From: a virus
Taxonomy: Duplodnaviria > Caudoviricetes
Length of the DNA stretch: 58,541 nt
Virus record (IMG/VR): IMGVR_UViG_3300032282_004643
Coordinates: 1 to 58,541 of that record
Direction: 5' to 3' (one strand)
Under the pieces are notes generated by a model. That model made no database searches. It was given only the letters and a program-made list of their open reading frames with translations, and was not told where the DNA came from. Each line of letters starts with the position of its first letter. Positions within the stretch are counted from its first letter, which is position 1. Below are positions 29,786 through 37,652 of this stretch, in pieces. The translations under genes were made by a program, and so were the position numbers.

Positions 29786-29884
29786 GCAACATTCCGCCAA
29801 GTTGCCAAGCGTGTACACCTGCGTCGTATACACAAAACGGTAGAGTTCATTAATTAACGTCAGACAACTCTACCAAGTTGACGG
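29786..29884 (-). ncRNA. Putative pseudoknot plus two hairpins
   Basis: GGTAGAGTT/AACTCTACC stem, CGTCA/TGACG cross-pairing, GTGTATAC/GTGTACAC, GCAAC/GTTGC. Confidence 0.45.
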
Positions 29885-29890
29885 GATCAA

Positions 29891-29983
29891 TTAGTGATTA
29901 CGCTTACGATTCTTCCAACGATTTCTTCGTTTTTTCGAACCGATCTTTCTCCGACCTTTACCGCACTTTTTAGGATGTGGCAT
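29891..29983 (-). CDS. 30-aa basic peptide, bS22/mS38(COX24)-like ribosomal protein candidate
   Basis: GGAG SD; MPHPKKCGKGRRKIGSKKRRNRWKNRKRNH. Confidence 0.6.
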   Translation of the reverse strand: MPHPKKCGKGRRKIGSKKRRNRWKNRKRNH

Positions 29984-30005
29984 GTTATTCTCCAAATTAC
30001 GTAAA

Positions 30006-30078
30006 TCCGCCTGGGTGGAATTGAACCACCTACCGGTCGCTTATAAGGCGACTGCTCTCACCGATGAGCTACAGGCGG
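30006..30078 (-). tRNA. tRNA-Ile(TAT)
   Basis: GTCGC-CTTATAA-GCGAC anticodon arm, A73. Confidence 0.85.
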
Positions 30079-30155
30079 AAAAACTACATTAGCAGTATCA
30101 TGCCTGACCAGTTTTCCGTTGCTCATCGTCCTACAATTTTACATAACCTCTTAAA

Positions 30156-30231
30156 TACCCCATAGGAGATTTGAACTCCTCTCTGCGGGATGAAAGCCCG
30201 CTATCCTCAATTCCGAATAGACGAATGGGGC
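30156..30231 (-). tRNA. tRNA-Glu(TTC)
   Basis: GCGGG-CTTTCAT-CCCGC. Confidence 0.9.
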
Positions 30232-30235
30232 AAAA

Positions 30236-30349
30236 TGGGGTGACAACTCTTCTGGTTTAACAACCCACTCTGGTTGTCTTCCCCATGTGGCCGAAAGATT
30301 TTGCACGTTCTTTCATTTAATCCCCTCGACTGCGCTTCGGGTCACCACA
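30236..30349 (-). ncRNA. Two tandem closed stem-loop RNAs at start of a transcript
   Basis: TGTGG/CCACA + CCGAAG/TTTCGG; TGGGG/CCCCA + GACAAC/GTTGTC. Confidence 0.4.
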
Positions 30350-30361
30350 TCCAACATTATT

Positions 30362-30390
30362 AATGTAACTAGGGTAGTTACCCCTGTCAA
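30362..30390 (-). promoter_or_regulatory. Sigma70-type promoter
   Basis: TTGACA-17-TACATT. Confidence 0.7.
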
Positions 30391-30394
30391 GGGG

Positions 30395-30907
30395 TTAAAA
30401 TCCCCGATATGCCATAATATTAGTTATTTTTTCACCAACTACACTAATACTATCTACTACTTTTACCTTTTGATTATCCAAATATACGGTAATTTCATTT
30501 ACCGATGTTCTGTTGTTTTCACCAGAATTATTCACAACAATTCTAATTGATTTAAATTGTTCAAATAATTTTCTGTTTGCTTCTAATACAGCTACCTTAC
30601 CGGTGAATACGTTTTCGTTCCATTCAGATAATACGATATCATCTGCGTATAATATACTCAATCGTTTTAAATCTTTTGCACAAAATGCTTCAAAATATTC
30701 CTTTACGATATTTCCAATAGGTTTTTCTCTACTCAACGGAAACAATAACCATGCAACTAAATAAATTGTAACAATTGGAAGTGGTGAAAAAAACGAACAA
30801 ATAAACACAAATCGAATAAATACAGGATCTATATTTAATTGCTCACCAATTCCTCCACAAAACCCCGCAAGTCTTTTATTTGTTGCACTACGATAAAATT
30901 TTCTCAT
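30395..30907 (-). CDS. PspC domain + SnoaL/NTF2-like domain fusion
   Basis: FYRSATNKRLAGFCGGIGE...YLVAWLLFP (PspC); YFEAF...LYADD (NTF2-like). Confidence 0.75.
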   Translation of the reverse strand: MRKFYRSATNKRLAGFCGGIGEQLNIDPVFIRFVFICSFFSPLPIVTIYLVAWLLFPLSREKPIGNIVKEYFEAFCAKDLKRLSILYADDIVLSEWNENVFTGKVAVLEANRKLFEQFKSIRIVVNNSGENNRTSVNEITVYLDNQKVKVVDSISVVGEKITNIMAYRGF

Positions 30908-30926
30908 GTTAACTCCATTGTAAAAA

Positions 30927-31000
30927 TAGGGGTGGTGAGAATCGAACTCACTTGATGTCTTGCTCCCAAAGCAAGCGGCTAGCCTTTAGCCCACACCCCT
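30927..31000 (-). tRNA. tRNA-Pro(TGG)
   Basis: CTTGC-TTTGGGA-GCAAG; A1-U72. Confidence 0.85.
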
Positions 31001-31531
31001 AAGTTTTTCTTTAATTTCGTTTACCGTTTGTTCTCCCCATTCGTTCGTATGAATCATCTGATGATGATTGGGGCAAACAGGAACCAAATTATCTTTATTG
31101 TTATTTTTATTATTATAATCTAGATGATGTACTTCTACAACTTTATCAAACCCACAAAGTATACATTTTTTTTCCCAATGTTTGAAACAAATAGTTCTAT
31201 AATTTTTCCAATTTTTTGGATTGTTTCTTCTAATTGCAAAATGAGTATTTGAACAAGAATGAGAACATGTAAACTTTTCTCGTGGATGATTCTTTTTTGT
31301 TTCAAACAACGTATTACAAACTGGACATGGTTTAGTAATAACTTCCCACTTTCGGTTGAATTTATTAATTGCAGCTTTATGCGAAAAATGCCTGGTGTCA
31401 ACCGAATATTGCTCGACCAGTTCTTTTAATCTTTTTAAGCCCTGACCATTGGGATGCATTCCCAGTTTTCTACAAACTTCGGATTTTGATACAGATGTTT
31501 TTACGATAGTTTCAAACTCTTTTTTTGTCAT
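30986..31531 (-). CDS. HNH homing endonuclease (stop inside tRNA-Pro)
   Basis: CILCG...VHHLD...NLVPVCPNHH; GGGAG SD. Confidence 0.85.
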   Translation of the reverse strand: MTKKEFETIVKTSVSKSEVCRKLGMHPNGQGLKRLKELVEQYSVDTRHFSHKAAINKFNRKWEVITKPCPVCNTLFETKKNHPREKFTCSHSCSNTHFAIRRNNPKNWKNYRTICFKHWEKKCILCGFDKVVEVHHLDYNNKNNNKDNLVPVCPNHHQMIHTNEWGEQTVNEIKEKLRGVG

Positions 31532-31571
31532 ACAATTCTCCCTTTCATATAAATAGTCGGGGAGTTGTGTT
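31531..31571 (-). promoter_or_regulatory. RBS-sequestering hairpin with late promoter in loop
   Basis: ACAA-CTCCC / GGGAG-AA-TTGT around TATTTATA (31548-31555). Confidence 0.65.
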
Positions 31572-31607
31572 TTCAATTCATATTTCAAATCCTTTGTTTA
31601 CGACACA

Positions 31608-31689
31608 TGCTCTCGGTGAGACTCGAACTCACAATCCCGTAGGGAAGCAGTTTTTGAGACTGCCGTGTATACCATTCCACCACAAGAGC
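31608..31689 (-). tRNA. tRNA-Leu(CAA)
   Basis: Loop CTCAAAA, long variable arm. Confidence 0.93.
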
Positions 31690-31770
31690 AAAACATAACC
31701 TCGTTTTGGTTCAATCGGCATGTTGAGCAATGAACCCCTTTTATACTATCACCCGTGTATGCCCACGGAA

Positions 31771-31842
31771 AGCACGTGATGGGAGTCGAACCCATGTCTC
31801 TAGCTTGGAAGGCTAGGATAATAACCGTTATATGACACGTGC
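31771..31842 (-). tRNA. tRNA-Gly(TCC)
   Basis: Loop CTTCCAA, U73. Confidence 0.9.
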
Positions 31843-31934
31843 GGCGAGGGTATTTTAACGCGGTTCCTCCTCCTCGGTCTGGCACGATTCCAGACGAGTT
31901 TGTAGTAATCCGATTAAGGTACTTGCAAACCCCC
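31843..31934 (-). ncRNA. Putative three-hairpin RNA
   Basis: GGGTTTG/CAAACTC, GTCTGG/CCAGAC, CGAGG/CCTCG. Confidence 0.45.
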
Positions 31935-31946
31935 AAAGTTAATGTA

Positions 31947-32019
31947 TGGGCAGTATAGGATTCGAACCTATGACCTCCGGTGTGTAAAACCGATGCGCTA
32001 ACCGCTACGCTAACCGCCC
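31947..32019 (-). tRNA. tRNA-Val(TAC)
   Basis: Loop TTTACAC. Confidence 0.92.
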
Positions 32020-32427
32020 GTTTTTATATCTTCCAACTTTATACGATTGTAAATAAGAATTTCTTTTAGTATTTTTCTTATTTCTACTCACCCAAGTTTC
32101 TGTTTGTGAATGACAATTTGGACACAACAATCTTAAATTATTTGGAAAATTGTTATCTGAATTGCCGTCTATGTGATCTACTTGCAATGTTATTGGTTTA
32201 TTATTATAAATGTCTCCTATCCCACATTCTGCACAAACACATCCTTTTATTTCTTTTAAATACTTTCTTAATGTAGATGTTTGATTTACTATACCTTCTT
32301 CTACCCTCGGTATAGTTTCTGTTAGGAACTTAAATAATCCTTGACACTTGTTACTGCAATAAGTTCCAGTACTTTGTGACGGAGAAAATTTAAATTCTAT
32401 TCCACAATTCTTACAATTTGCTTTCAT
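32005..32427 (-). CDS. HNH homing endonuclease (stop inside tRNA-Val)
   Basis: CAECG...LQVDHIDGN...NLRLLCPNCHSQT. Confidence 0.9.
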   Translation of the reverse strand: MKANCKNCGIEFKFSPSQSTGTYCSNKCQGLFKFLTETIPRVEEGIVNQTSTLRKYLKEIKGCVCAECGIGDIYNNKPITLQVDHIDGNSDNNFPNNLRLLCPNCHSQTETWVSRNKKNTKRNSYLQSYKVGRYKNGRLA

Positions 32428-32434
32428 AAAAATC

Positions 32435-32479
32435 TCCAAGTTAGACCTTCTCTATATAAATAGGGGGTATAACTTGGAA
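32435..32479 (-). promoter_or_regulatory. RBS-sequestering hairpin with late promoter in loop
   Basis: TCCAAGTTATACC / GGTCTAACTTGGA around TATTTATA (32455-32462). Confidence 0.7.
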
Positions 32480-32493
32480 ACTTCTATTTTAAA

Positions 32494-32566
32494 TGGACCT
32501 GAACGGGATCGAACCGATGACCTCCTGAATGCAAATCAGGCGCTCTCCCAGCTGAGCTACAGGCCC
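32494..32566 (-). tRNA. tRNA-Ala(TGC)
   Basis: G3-U70, loop TTTGCAT. Confidence 0.95.
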
Positions 32567-33132
32567 GTATTGTACGGAATTAAATTTAATAAATAATCTT
32601 GATTTATCAAGTACCAGTCGTATGTGAGTTCCGTTGGTATTTCTATCAATGTTCCGTCACCACGTTCTAATATTGTCAACCCAAGTTCTATATCAAATGT
32701 CCTAACAACAAAATTATTTTTTATACTTCTAAACTTTGCAATAGCTTTCCACACATCACCCGTCCACAATCCACGTTCACACAATTCTGTGTGATGTGGC
32801 ATCGGAGAACGTTGCATTAATTCTGTGTGTGGTTTTGTATCATGAATAAATATTATACCATTGTCTGATAAATGTTTAATGCTGTTATCAATGTCACGCA
32901 GTGCTTGGTTACACTCATGATCACCATCAATGAAAATTAAATCATATGTGTGATTACAATTTTCAAAAAACTCATCGGACTTCATTGGATATAACATATC
33001 CTTGTTATGTGGATCTACACCGTGTTTTATTTGACAATTCACGTTATAGAATGTACCACCATTACTTACACCGATTTCTAAATATCTTGTATAACCTCGT
33101 CGTGAGATTATATTATTAAATAATTCAAACAT
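32557..33132 (-). CDS. Class I SAM-dependent methyltransferase (Methyltransf_24-like)
   Basis: YLEIGV, DLIFIDGDH, GIIFIHD; stop inside tRNA-Ala. Confidence 0.8.
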   Translation of the reverse strand: MFELFNNIISRRGYTRYLEIGVSNGGTFYNVNCQIKHGVDPHNKDMLYPMKSDEFFENCNHTYDLIFIDGDHECNQALRDIDNSIKHLSDNGIIFIHDTKPHTELMQRSPMPHHTELCERGLWTGDVWKAIAKFRSIKNNFVVRTFDIELGLTILERGDGTLIEIPTELTYDWYLINQDYLLNLIPYNTGL

Positions 33133-33144
33133 ACATTCTCCAAG

Positions 33145-33216
33145 AGCGAGAGATGGGATTCGAACCCACGACAACGTGCTTGGCAAGCACGGACTCTACC
33201 GCTGAGCTACTCTCGC
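33145..33216 (-). tRNA. tRNA-Gly(GCC)
   Basis: Loop TTGCCAA. Confidence 0.93.
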
Positions 33217-33221
33217 ATTTA

Positions 33222-33386
33222 CTACACAGGACCAACTTCATAATGCGTCAATACTTTTCCATTTAATTTTTTTTGTGCATCAGCATCATTACGAAACATT
33301 GTAATTGCTGCCGTTGCTTCCGGTGCATCGTATGTAAAATCCATACGTCCACCATCAAAATATATTCGTACTAAATACTTAATCAT
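33222..33386 (-). CDS. 54-aa hypothetical protein
   Basis: Manual ORF MIKYLVRIYFDGG... filling the gap. Confidence 0.55.
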   Translation of the reverse strand: MIKYLVRIYFDGGRMDFTYDAPEATAAITMFRNDADAQKKLNGKVLTHYEVGPV

Positions 33387-33408
33387 ATTATTCTCTACAA
33401 ATAATATC

Positions 33409-33837
33409 TTACTTAATATTTTTTGCTCTGTATGTTTCTGTCTGTGCGTGACAATTAGGACATAACATACGAAGATTATTTAACTTATGATTTGTTCTAT
33501 TACCGTCTATGTGGTCCAATTCCATCACTAACTTTTTACCGTTCCATTCTGTTATTCCACATACCGAACACACATTTTTTATAATTCCTTCTTTTAACAA
33601 TCTATTTTTCAACTTAAAGGTTTGAAACTCTGGATGTTTCCCTGCTAATATTTCTTTTAGGTCAATACGAGGCGAAACTTTTTTATCTATTCCTACTCCA
33701 CCTTGATTTATTTTATAACAACCAAGTTTTACCGCTCTACGTTTGAATGTATTGAAATGTAATCCAGTTTTTACAGCGGCTTGTGCCATACTGATTGAGT
33801 TTTCACATATTTCAATAAACTGCTTGTCCGTCATCAT
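33409..33837 (-). CDS. HNH homing endonuclease
   Basis: CSVCG...ELDHIDGN...NLRMLCPNCHAQT. Confidence 0.9.
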   Translation of the reverse strand: MMTDKQFIEICENSISMAQAAVKTGLHFNTFKRRAVKLGCYKINQGGVGIDKKVSPRIDLKEILAGKHPEFQTFKLKNRLLKEGIIKNVCSVCGITEWNGKKLVMELDHIDGNRTNHKLNNLRMLCPNCHAQTETYRAKNIK

Positions 33838-33843
33838 GCTTGT

Positions 33844-33882
33844 CTCCATTAGTGCTACTTATAAATAGTAGACACTACGGAA
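33844..33882 (-). promoter_or_regulatory. RBS-sequestering hairpin with late promoter in loop
   Basis: TCCGTAGTGTCTACT / AGTAGCACTAATGGA around TATTTATA (33860-33867). Confidence 0.7.
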
Positions 33883-33907
33883 AAAATTTCATTTGTGTTT
33901 ACCAGAA

Positions 33908-33990
33908 TGCCCAGGGCGAGACTCGAACTCGCATGACCGTAAGGCCGGAGCATTTTAAGTGCTCTGTGTATACCATTTCACCACCAGGGC
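33908..33990 (-). tRNA. tRNA-Leu(TAA)
   Basis: Loop CTTAAAA, long variable arm. Confidence 0.93.
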
Positions 33991-34002
33991 GTACGGATGG
34001 AT

Positions 34003-34197
34003 GTTGTAGTATCCTCTCATTTTATAGAGAAGAATTTACCTATCATCATTAGTGCCATCCTCACTAATGTTTATCCATACACGTTGATTTCTACTTACGG
34101 ATTCTTCCCTTGCACCGTTGTAGTGGTGTCTCACGTAAGGATCATAGAGAAGTCGTGTGGCGCGGGAATCACTCCTACCGCGGGTAAGTTCTACAAC
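34003..34197 (-). ncRNA. ~195-nt multibranched structured RNA of unknown class
   Basis: Nested stems: GTTGTAG/CTACAAC, GAACTTACC/GGTAAATTC, CGCGG/CCGCG, ACACG/CGTGT, CTTACG/CGTAAG, CATTAGTG/CACTAATG. Confidence 0.65.
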
Positions 34198-34228
34198 CAA
34201 CTCACAATTATTAATAAGCGTTACTTCA

Positions 34229-34301
34229 TGCCCCCAACAGGACTCGAACCTGCAACTTACTGGTTAAAAGCCAGCTACTCTGCCAGTTGAGTTATGGAGG
34301 C
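34229..34301 (-). tRNA. tRNA-Lys(TTT)
   Basis: Loop CTTTTAA. Confidence 0.93.
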
Positions 34302-34318
34302 GTTTGACTTACACAAGT

Positions 34319-34347
34319 AATATACACTCTCAACATACCCATGTCAA
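34319..34347 (-). promoter_or_regulatory. Sigma70-type promoter
   Basis: TTGACA-17-TATATT. Confidence 0.75.
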
Positions 34348-34406
34348 GCCCCAGTTAAATAAATAGTAATTAATACTATTTTTTTCGGGTTTTTAAATTT
34401 TTTATA

Positions 34407-34490
34407 CGGAAGGTGAGGGATTCGAACCCACATGACCGATTAAGGTCGTCGGTTTAGTAGACCGGTGCAATACCATTATGCGAACCTTCC
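34407..34490 (-). tRNA. tRNA-Ser(ACT)
   Basis: CGGT-CTACTAA-ACCG, long GACC/GGTC variable arm, G73. Confidence 0.82.
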
Positions 34491-34499
34491 CCAAATCTA

Positions 34500-35522
34500 T
34501 TAGTAATCTGCTTCCCAGATTTCTTTTGTATCTTGATATTTTTCAATTAGTTCTTTTTTGGAATGTTCAATGTAATTATCACCGTCAAACCAACCAGAAC
34601 CTTTGTGCTTTACCATATCTACATATCCACGAAGTTGAACTTTTGTAATATCGTGATGACCAGCTTGTAGAAAATATTGAACTATTCCACCTTTGTCGTG
34701 ACTAACTATTAATTGCAGTTTGTCACTCCCAAATTCCTTCCATAATTTTTCTAAATCTTCATGTTGTCCTTTATGTGCTTTAAATTCATTTGGATAATGA
34801 CAAGAAATCCAATTAAACTTATACCGATTAGCACATTCTCGTGACAAACCTACAAAATCATTTCTAACTTTTTGTTGTTGTAAATTAAAAACTAATCGTG
34901 GATTGTTTACATAATGTTGATCCGATAATCTTTCGTTTACTGTTAACTTACGTATCATATAATCGTATGTCAACGAATTTTCATTATATATTTCCATACG
35001 TACTGGTTCGTCGAAGATATATTCTTTTTCTCTGTATCGAAAATTGTATGGATATGCATCTCCAGCCAAAGAAACGAATACCGAACTGTTAACCGTTGTT
35101 AATCCGTGAATAGAATCTAAATGATTTTTAAAGTTTGGGAGAAATTCAATATCAGTGTCCGTATGAAAAATCCAATCGGCGTCAAAAAAATTATATTTTT
35201 TAGAGTAGTCAAACATCATATTCATGTTTAATCCAATCTTGGCAAACCAATGTTGGCTTTTCATAAACTCTACTGATTTTTCTGGTAACTCCATTTCGTT
35301 GATATTACGAACTTCCACAACATCTTCCAATCCAAACTCTCTAACACGTTTCCACGTTAAACTATCTTCGGACTTTTCTGGATTCGCGTTATTAAATAGT
35401 ATGACCTTAGTTTCAAAATATGGAACTACATTTACTTTTAAAGAAGCTAGATAAAGATTTATATATCGTAAATCTTCTTCTTCATTAGTTTTTCCACAAG
35501 TTGATAATATCAAAATTTTCAT
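34500..35522 (-). CDS. Putative GT-A fold glycosyltransferase
   Basis: WIFHTDTDIEF DxD motif; otherwise unrecognised. Confidence 0.5.
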   Translation of the reverse strand: MKILILSTCGKTNEEEDLRYINLYLASLKVNVVPYFETKVILFNNANPEKSEDSLTWKRVREFGLEDVVEVRNINEMELPEKSVEFMKSQHWFAKIGLNMNMMFDYSKKYNFFDADWIFHTDTDIEFLPNFKNHLDSIHGLTTVNSSVFVSLAGDAYPYNFRYREKEYIFDEPVRMEIYNENSLTYDYMIRKLTVNERLSDQHYVNNPRLVFNLQQQKVRNDFVGLSRECANRYKFNWISCHYPNEFKAHKGQHEDLEKLWKEFGSDKLQLIVSHDKGGIVQYFLQAGHHDITKVQLRGYVDMVKHKGSGWFDGDNYIEHSKKELIEKYQDTKEIWEADY

Positions 35523-35537
35523 AATTTCTCCGAAGCA

Positions 35538-35611
35538 CGGAATGGACGGGACTCGAACCCGCAACCCCCGCAGTGACAGTGCGGTGCGCTAACCGATTGC
35601 GCCACCACTCC
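35538..35611 (-). tRNA. tRNA-Asp(GTC)
   Basis: Loop CTGTCAC, G73. Confidence 0.95.
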
Positions 35612-35620
35612 AAACATCAA

Positions 35621-35878
35621 TTACTTAATTTTATTTTGTGTGACAGTTTCGTAAAGCTTTTCAAACTCCTGATGCGTTGCTACTTCGTCATCAAAGTTCT
35701 GCTTGTGATATGTTTTTGCCAACTTACGAAAAACTTTCTTGTTAAGTTGAAGTTCTTCACAAACATCATTGATAATGTTTTTCTGCAAATCTCGTTCTGC
35801 GGAAATTCGTGTCATGGACACACTCATATCCTTCAATGCGCCTTCAAGTTTCAACTTATCGTTTGGTGTCAAATTCAT
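35621..35878 (-). CDS. dsbA: T4 DsbA-like dsDNA-binding protein
   Basis: KKVFRKLAKTYHKQNF...FEKLYETV resembles T4 DsbA (not the disulfide oxidoreductase). Confidence 0.75.
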   Translation of the reverse strand: MNLTPNDKLKLEGALKDMSVSMTRISAERDLQKNIINDVCEELQLNKKVFRKLAKTYHKQNFDDEVATHQEFEKLYETVTQNKIK

Positions 35879-35907
35879 AATAACCTCGTTGTTGTGATTT
35901 TGTAAAG

Positions 35908-35980
35908 CTCCCAGAGAGGGACTCGAACCCCCGACCCGGTGATTAACAGTCACCTGCTCTACCGACTGAGCTATCTGGGA
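35908..35980 (-). tRNA. tRNA-Asn(GTT)
   Basis: Loop CTGTTAA. Confidence 0.95.
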
Positions 35981-35984
35981 ATGT

Positions 35985-36009
35985 GTGGGAGGTTATTTAG
36001 ACCTCCCAC
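35985..36009. terminator. Stable hairpin after Ig-like gene (terminator or processing stem)
   Basis: GTGGGAGGT/ACCTCCCAC 9-bp stem; no clear U-tract. Confidence 0.45.
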
Positions 36010-36016
36010 TGTACTA

Positions 36017-37144
36017 TTATGGTACGATTACTACCTTTCCTACCTTGCTGATAGCACCAATGGTTGCGGTGATATCTGCTGGTCCTACTGCTACACCTGT
36101 AACTAGTCCTGTTGCCGACACAACTGCCTTAGTTGCGTCGCTACTAGTCCATACAAATAATCTACCATTTAACGCTGCAGTTGTCAAGGCTACACTGTCT
36201 GCATCAAATGCTTGTGCAGTAAATTGCTTTGTAGCACCAACTTTTACATCTGTACTGTCAGGAGTTACAACAATACGATGAATCCCAACTTGTGATACTG
36301 TTACATTTAGAATGCCAACCTTACCTTCAACAACACACGTTAATGTGGTTGTACCAGCAGAAATTCCTGTTACTACGCCCGTTGATGTAATTGTTGCGAC
36401 AGTCGTATCTGTGCTTGCCCAACCAAAAGTACGTTGATCAGAGCTCAATGTTGTTCCTGCCGCATTCTTTAATGTGGAAATTACTTGAATTGAACGACCA
36501 ATTTGTGCTGCCTTGGTGGTTGAAAGTGTAACATTTGATACAGGAACTAACGTAGTGGTAACAACCAATGTACCTGACTTACCACCAGCGGTTGCCGTAA
36601 TAGTTGCGGCACCGGCAGATACTGCCGTAATTAATCCAGTTGATGATACCGTTGCAACTGCCGAATTACTTGTTGTCCACGTTGTAGCGAACGATGTTAA
36701 TGTATTATTCGCACCGTCCTTTGCCGTTGCTGTTGCTTGTAACGTCTGTCCTACATAAAATATAGGTGGTACCGTTGCAGTAACATTAACGGTTGCTACC
36801 GTTGGATCTACGACGAATAATTGTACAGATGCGGTTTTGTTATCTACCGTTGCGATAATAGTAGCATTACCCTTTGCAACACCAGTAACAATATTTCCAG
36901 ATAACGTAGCTACCGTAGTATTATTGGATGACCAAATAACTGTTTTACCTGTCATTACGGAATCTCTTTGATCCTTAACTACCGCGGTAAATATTGTTGT
37001 GCGACCAACTTCAACTTGTGCTGCAGTTGGTGTGATTACAATTGACGTTACCGTTGGAACAAACTGTGCAGGTGCGGTTGTAACATCTTCCGAACATGCC
37101 GTAACGCCTAGTACCAGCAATGCTCCATACAAAATACGTTTCAT
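36017..37144 (-). CDS. Lipoprotein with four Big_2 Ig-like domains
   Basis: LGVTAC lipobox; repeated WxSSNxxVATVxxxGxVTGVxxGxATITAT. Confidence 0.85.
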   Translation of the reverse strand: MKRILYGALLVLGVTACSEDVTTAPAQFVPTVTSIVITPTAAQVEVGRTTIFTAVVKDQRDSVMTGKTVIWSSNNTTVATLSGNIVTGVAKGNATIIATVDNKTASVQLFVVDPTVATVNVTATVPPIFYVGQTLQATATAKDGANNTLTSFATTWTTSNSAVATVSSTGLITAVSAGAATITATAGGKSGTLVVTTTLVPVSNVTLSTTKAAQIGRSIQVISTLKNAAGTTLSSDQRTFGWASTDTTVATITSTGVVTGISAGTTTLTCVVEGKVGILNVTVSQVGIHRIVVTPDSTDVKVGATKQFTAQAFDADSVALTTAALNGRLFVWTSSDATKAVVSATGLVTGVAVGPADITATIGAISKVGKVVIVP

Positions 37145-37213
37145 TTTTTTTCTCCTACTGAGGTATTCCGACACAACGGAGTGTTGTGCCTTCTAAGCCG
37201 GGATATCCCGACA

Positions 37214-37285
37214 CGGGACCACTAGGACTCGAACCTAGACAAACAGTTTTGGAGACTGTTGTGCTGCCAATTACACTATGGACCC
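37214..37285 (-). tRNA. tRNA-Trp(CCA)
   Basis: Loop CTCCAAA, G73. Confidence 0.9.
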
Positions 37286-37290
37286 AACAA

Positions 37291-37363
37291 TGCCAAGAGA
37301 GGGAGTCGAACCCCCGACGCCCAGCTCTTCAGGCTGGCGCTCTACCAACTGAGCTATCTTGGC
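37291..37363 (-). tRNA. tRNA-Phe(GAA)
   Basis: Loop CTGAAGA. Confidence 0.93.
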
Positions 37364-37368
37364 ATCTA

Positions 37369-37441
37369 TGCACCGTGAAGGAATCGAACCTTCAGCCTGG
37401 TGATTAAGAGTCACATGCTCTGCCAATTGAGCTAACGGTGC
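37369..37441 (-). tRNA. tRNA-Lys(CTT)
   Basis: Loop CTCTTAA. Confidence 0.93.
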
Positions 37442-37445
37442 AAAG

Positions 37446-37519
37446 TAGTCCCTATTGGATTTGCACCAATGACCTTTGCTTTATCAGAGCAACGCTCTAA
37501 CTAACTGAGCTAAGGGACT
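37446..37519 (-). tRNA. tRNA-Ile(GAT)
   Basis: Loop CTGATAA; variant T-loop TGCAAAT. Confidence 0.88.
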
Positions 37520-37541
37520 GTATGAATTATACAATTTTATG

Positions 37542-37624
37542 TGGTATCGGTAGGACTCGAACCTACAAGCTCTTTCGAGGGCTGATTTACAGTCAACTGA
37601 GCCAACCAATTGCTCAACGATACC
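37542..37624 (-). tRNA. tRNA-Tyr(GTA)
   Basis: Loop CTGTAAA, long variable arm. Confidence 0.92.
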
Positions 37625-37652
37625 ATTGCCGCTAGGCGACACTCCCGAACTA

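Noticed and set aside
30079-30152. GAGG-ATG-TAA start-stop and small AGCA/TGCT stem
   Set aside because: Too short to distinguish from chance
29014-31936. ORFs 29014-29199, 29497-29850 and 31598-31936
   Set aside because: They are translations through tRNA genes and structured RNAs
37161-37208. Hairpin upstream of Ig-like gene as separate ncRNA
   Set aside because: More simply an mRNA-stabilising 5' stem left after tRNA processing
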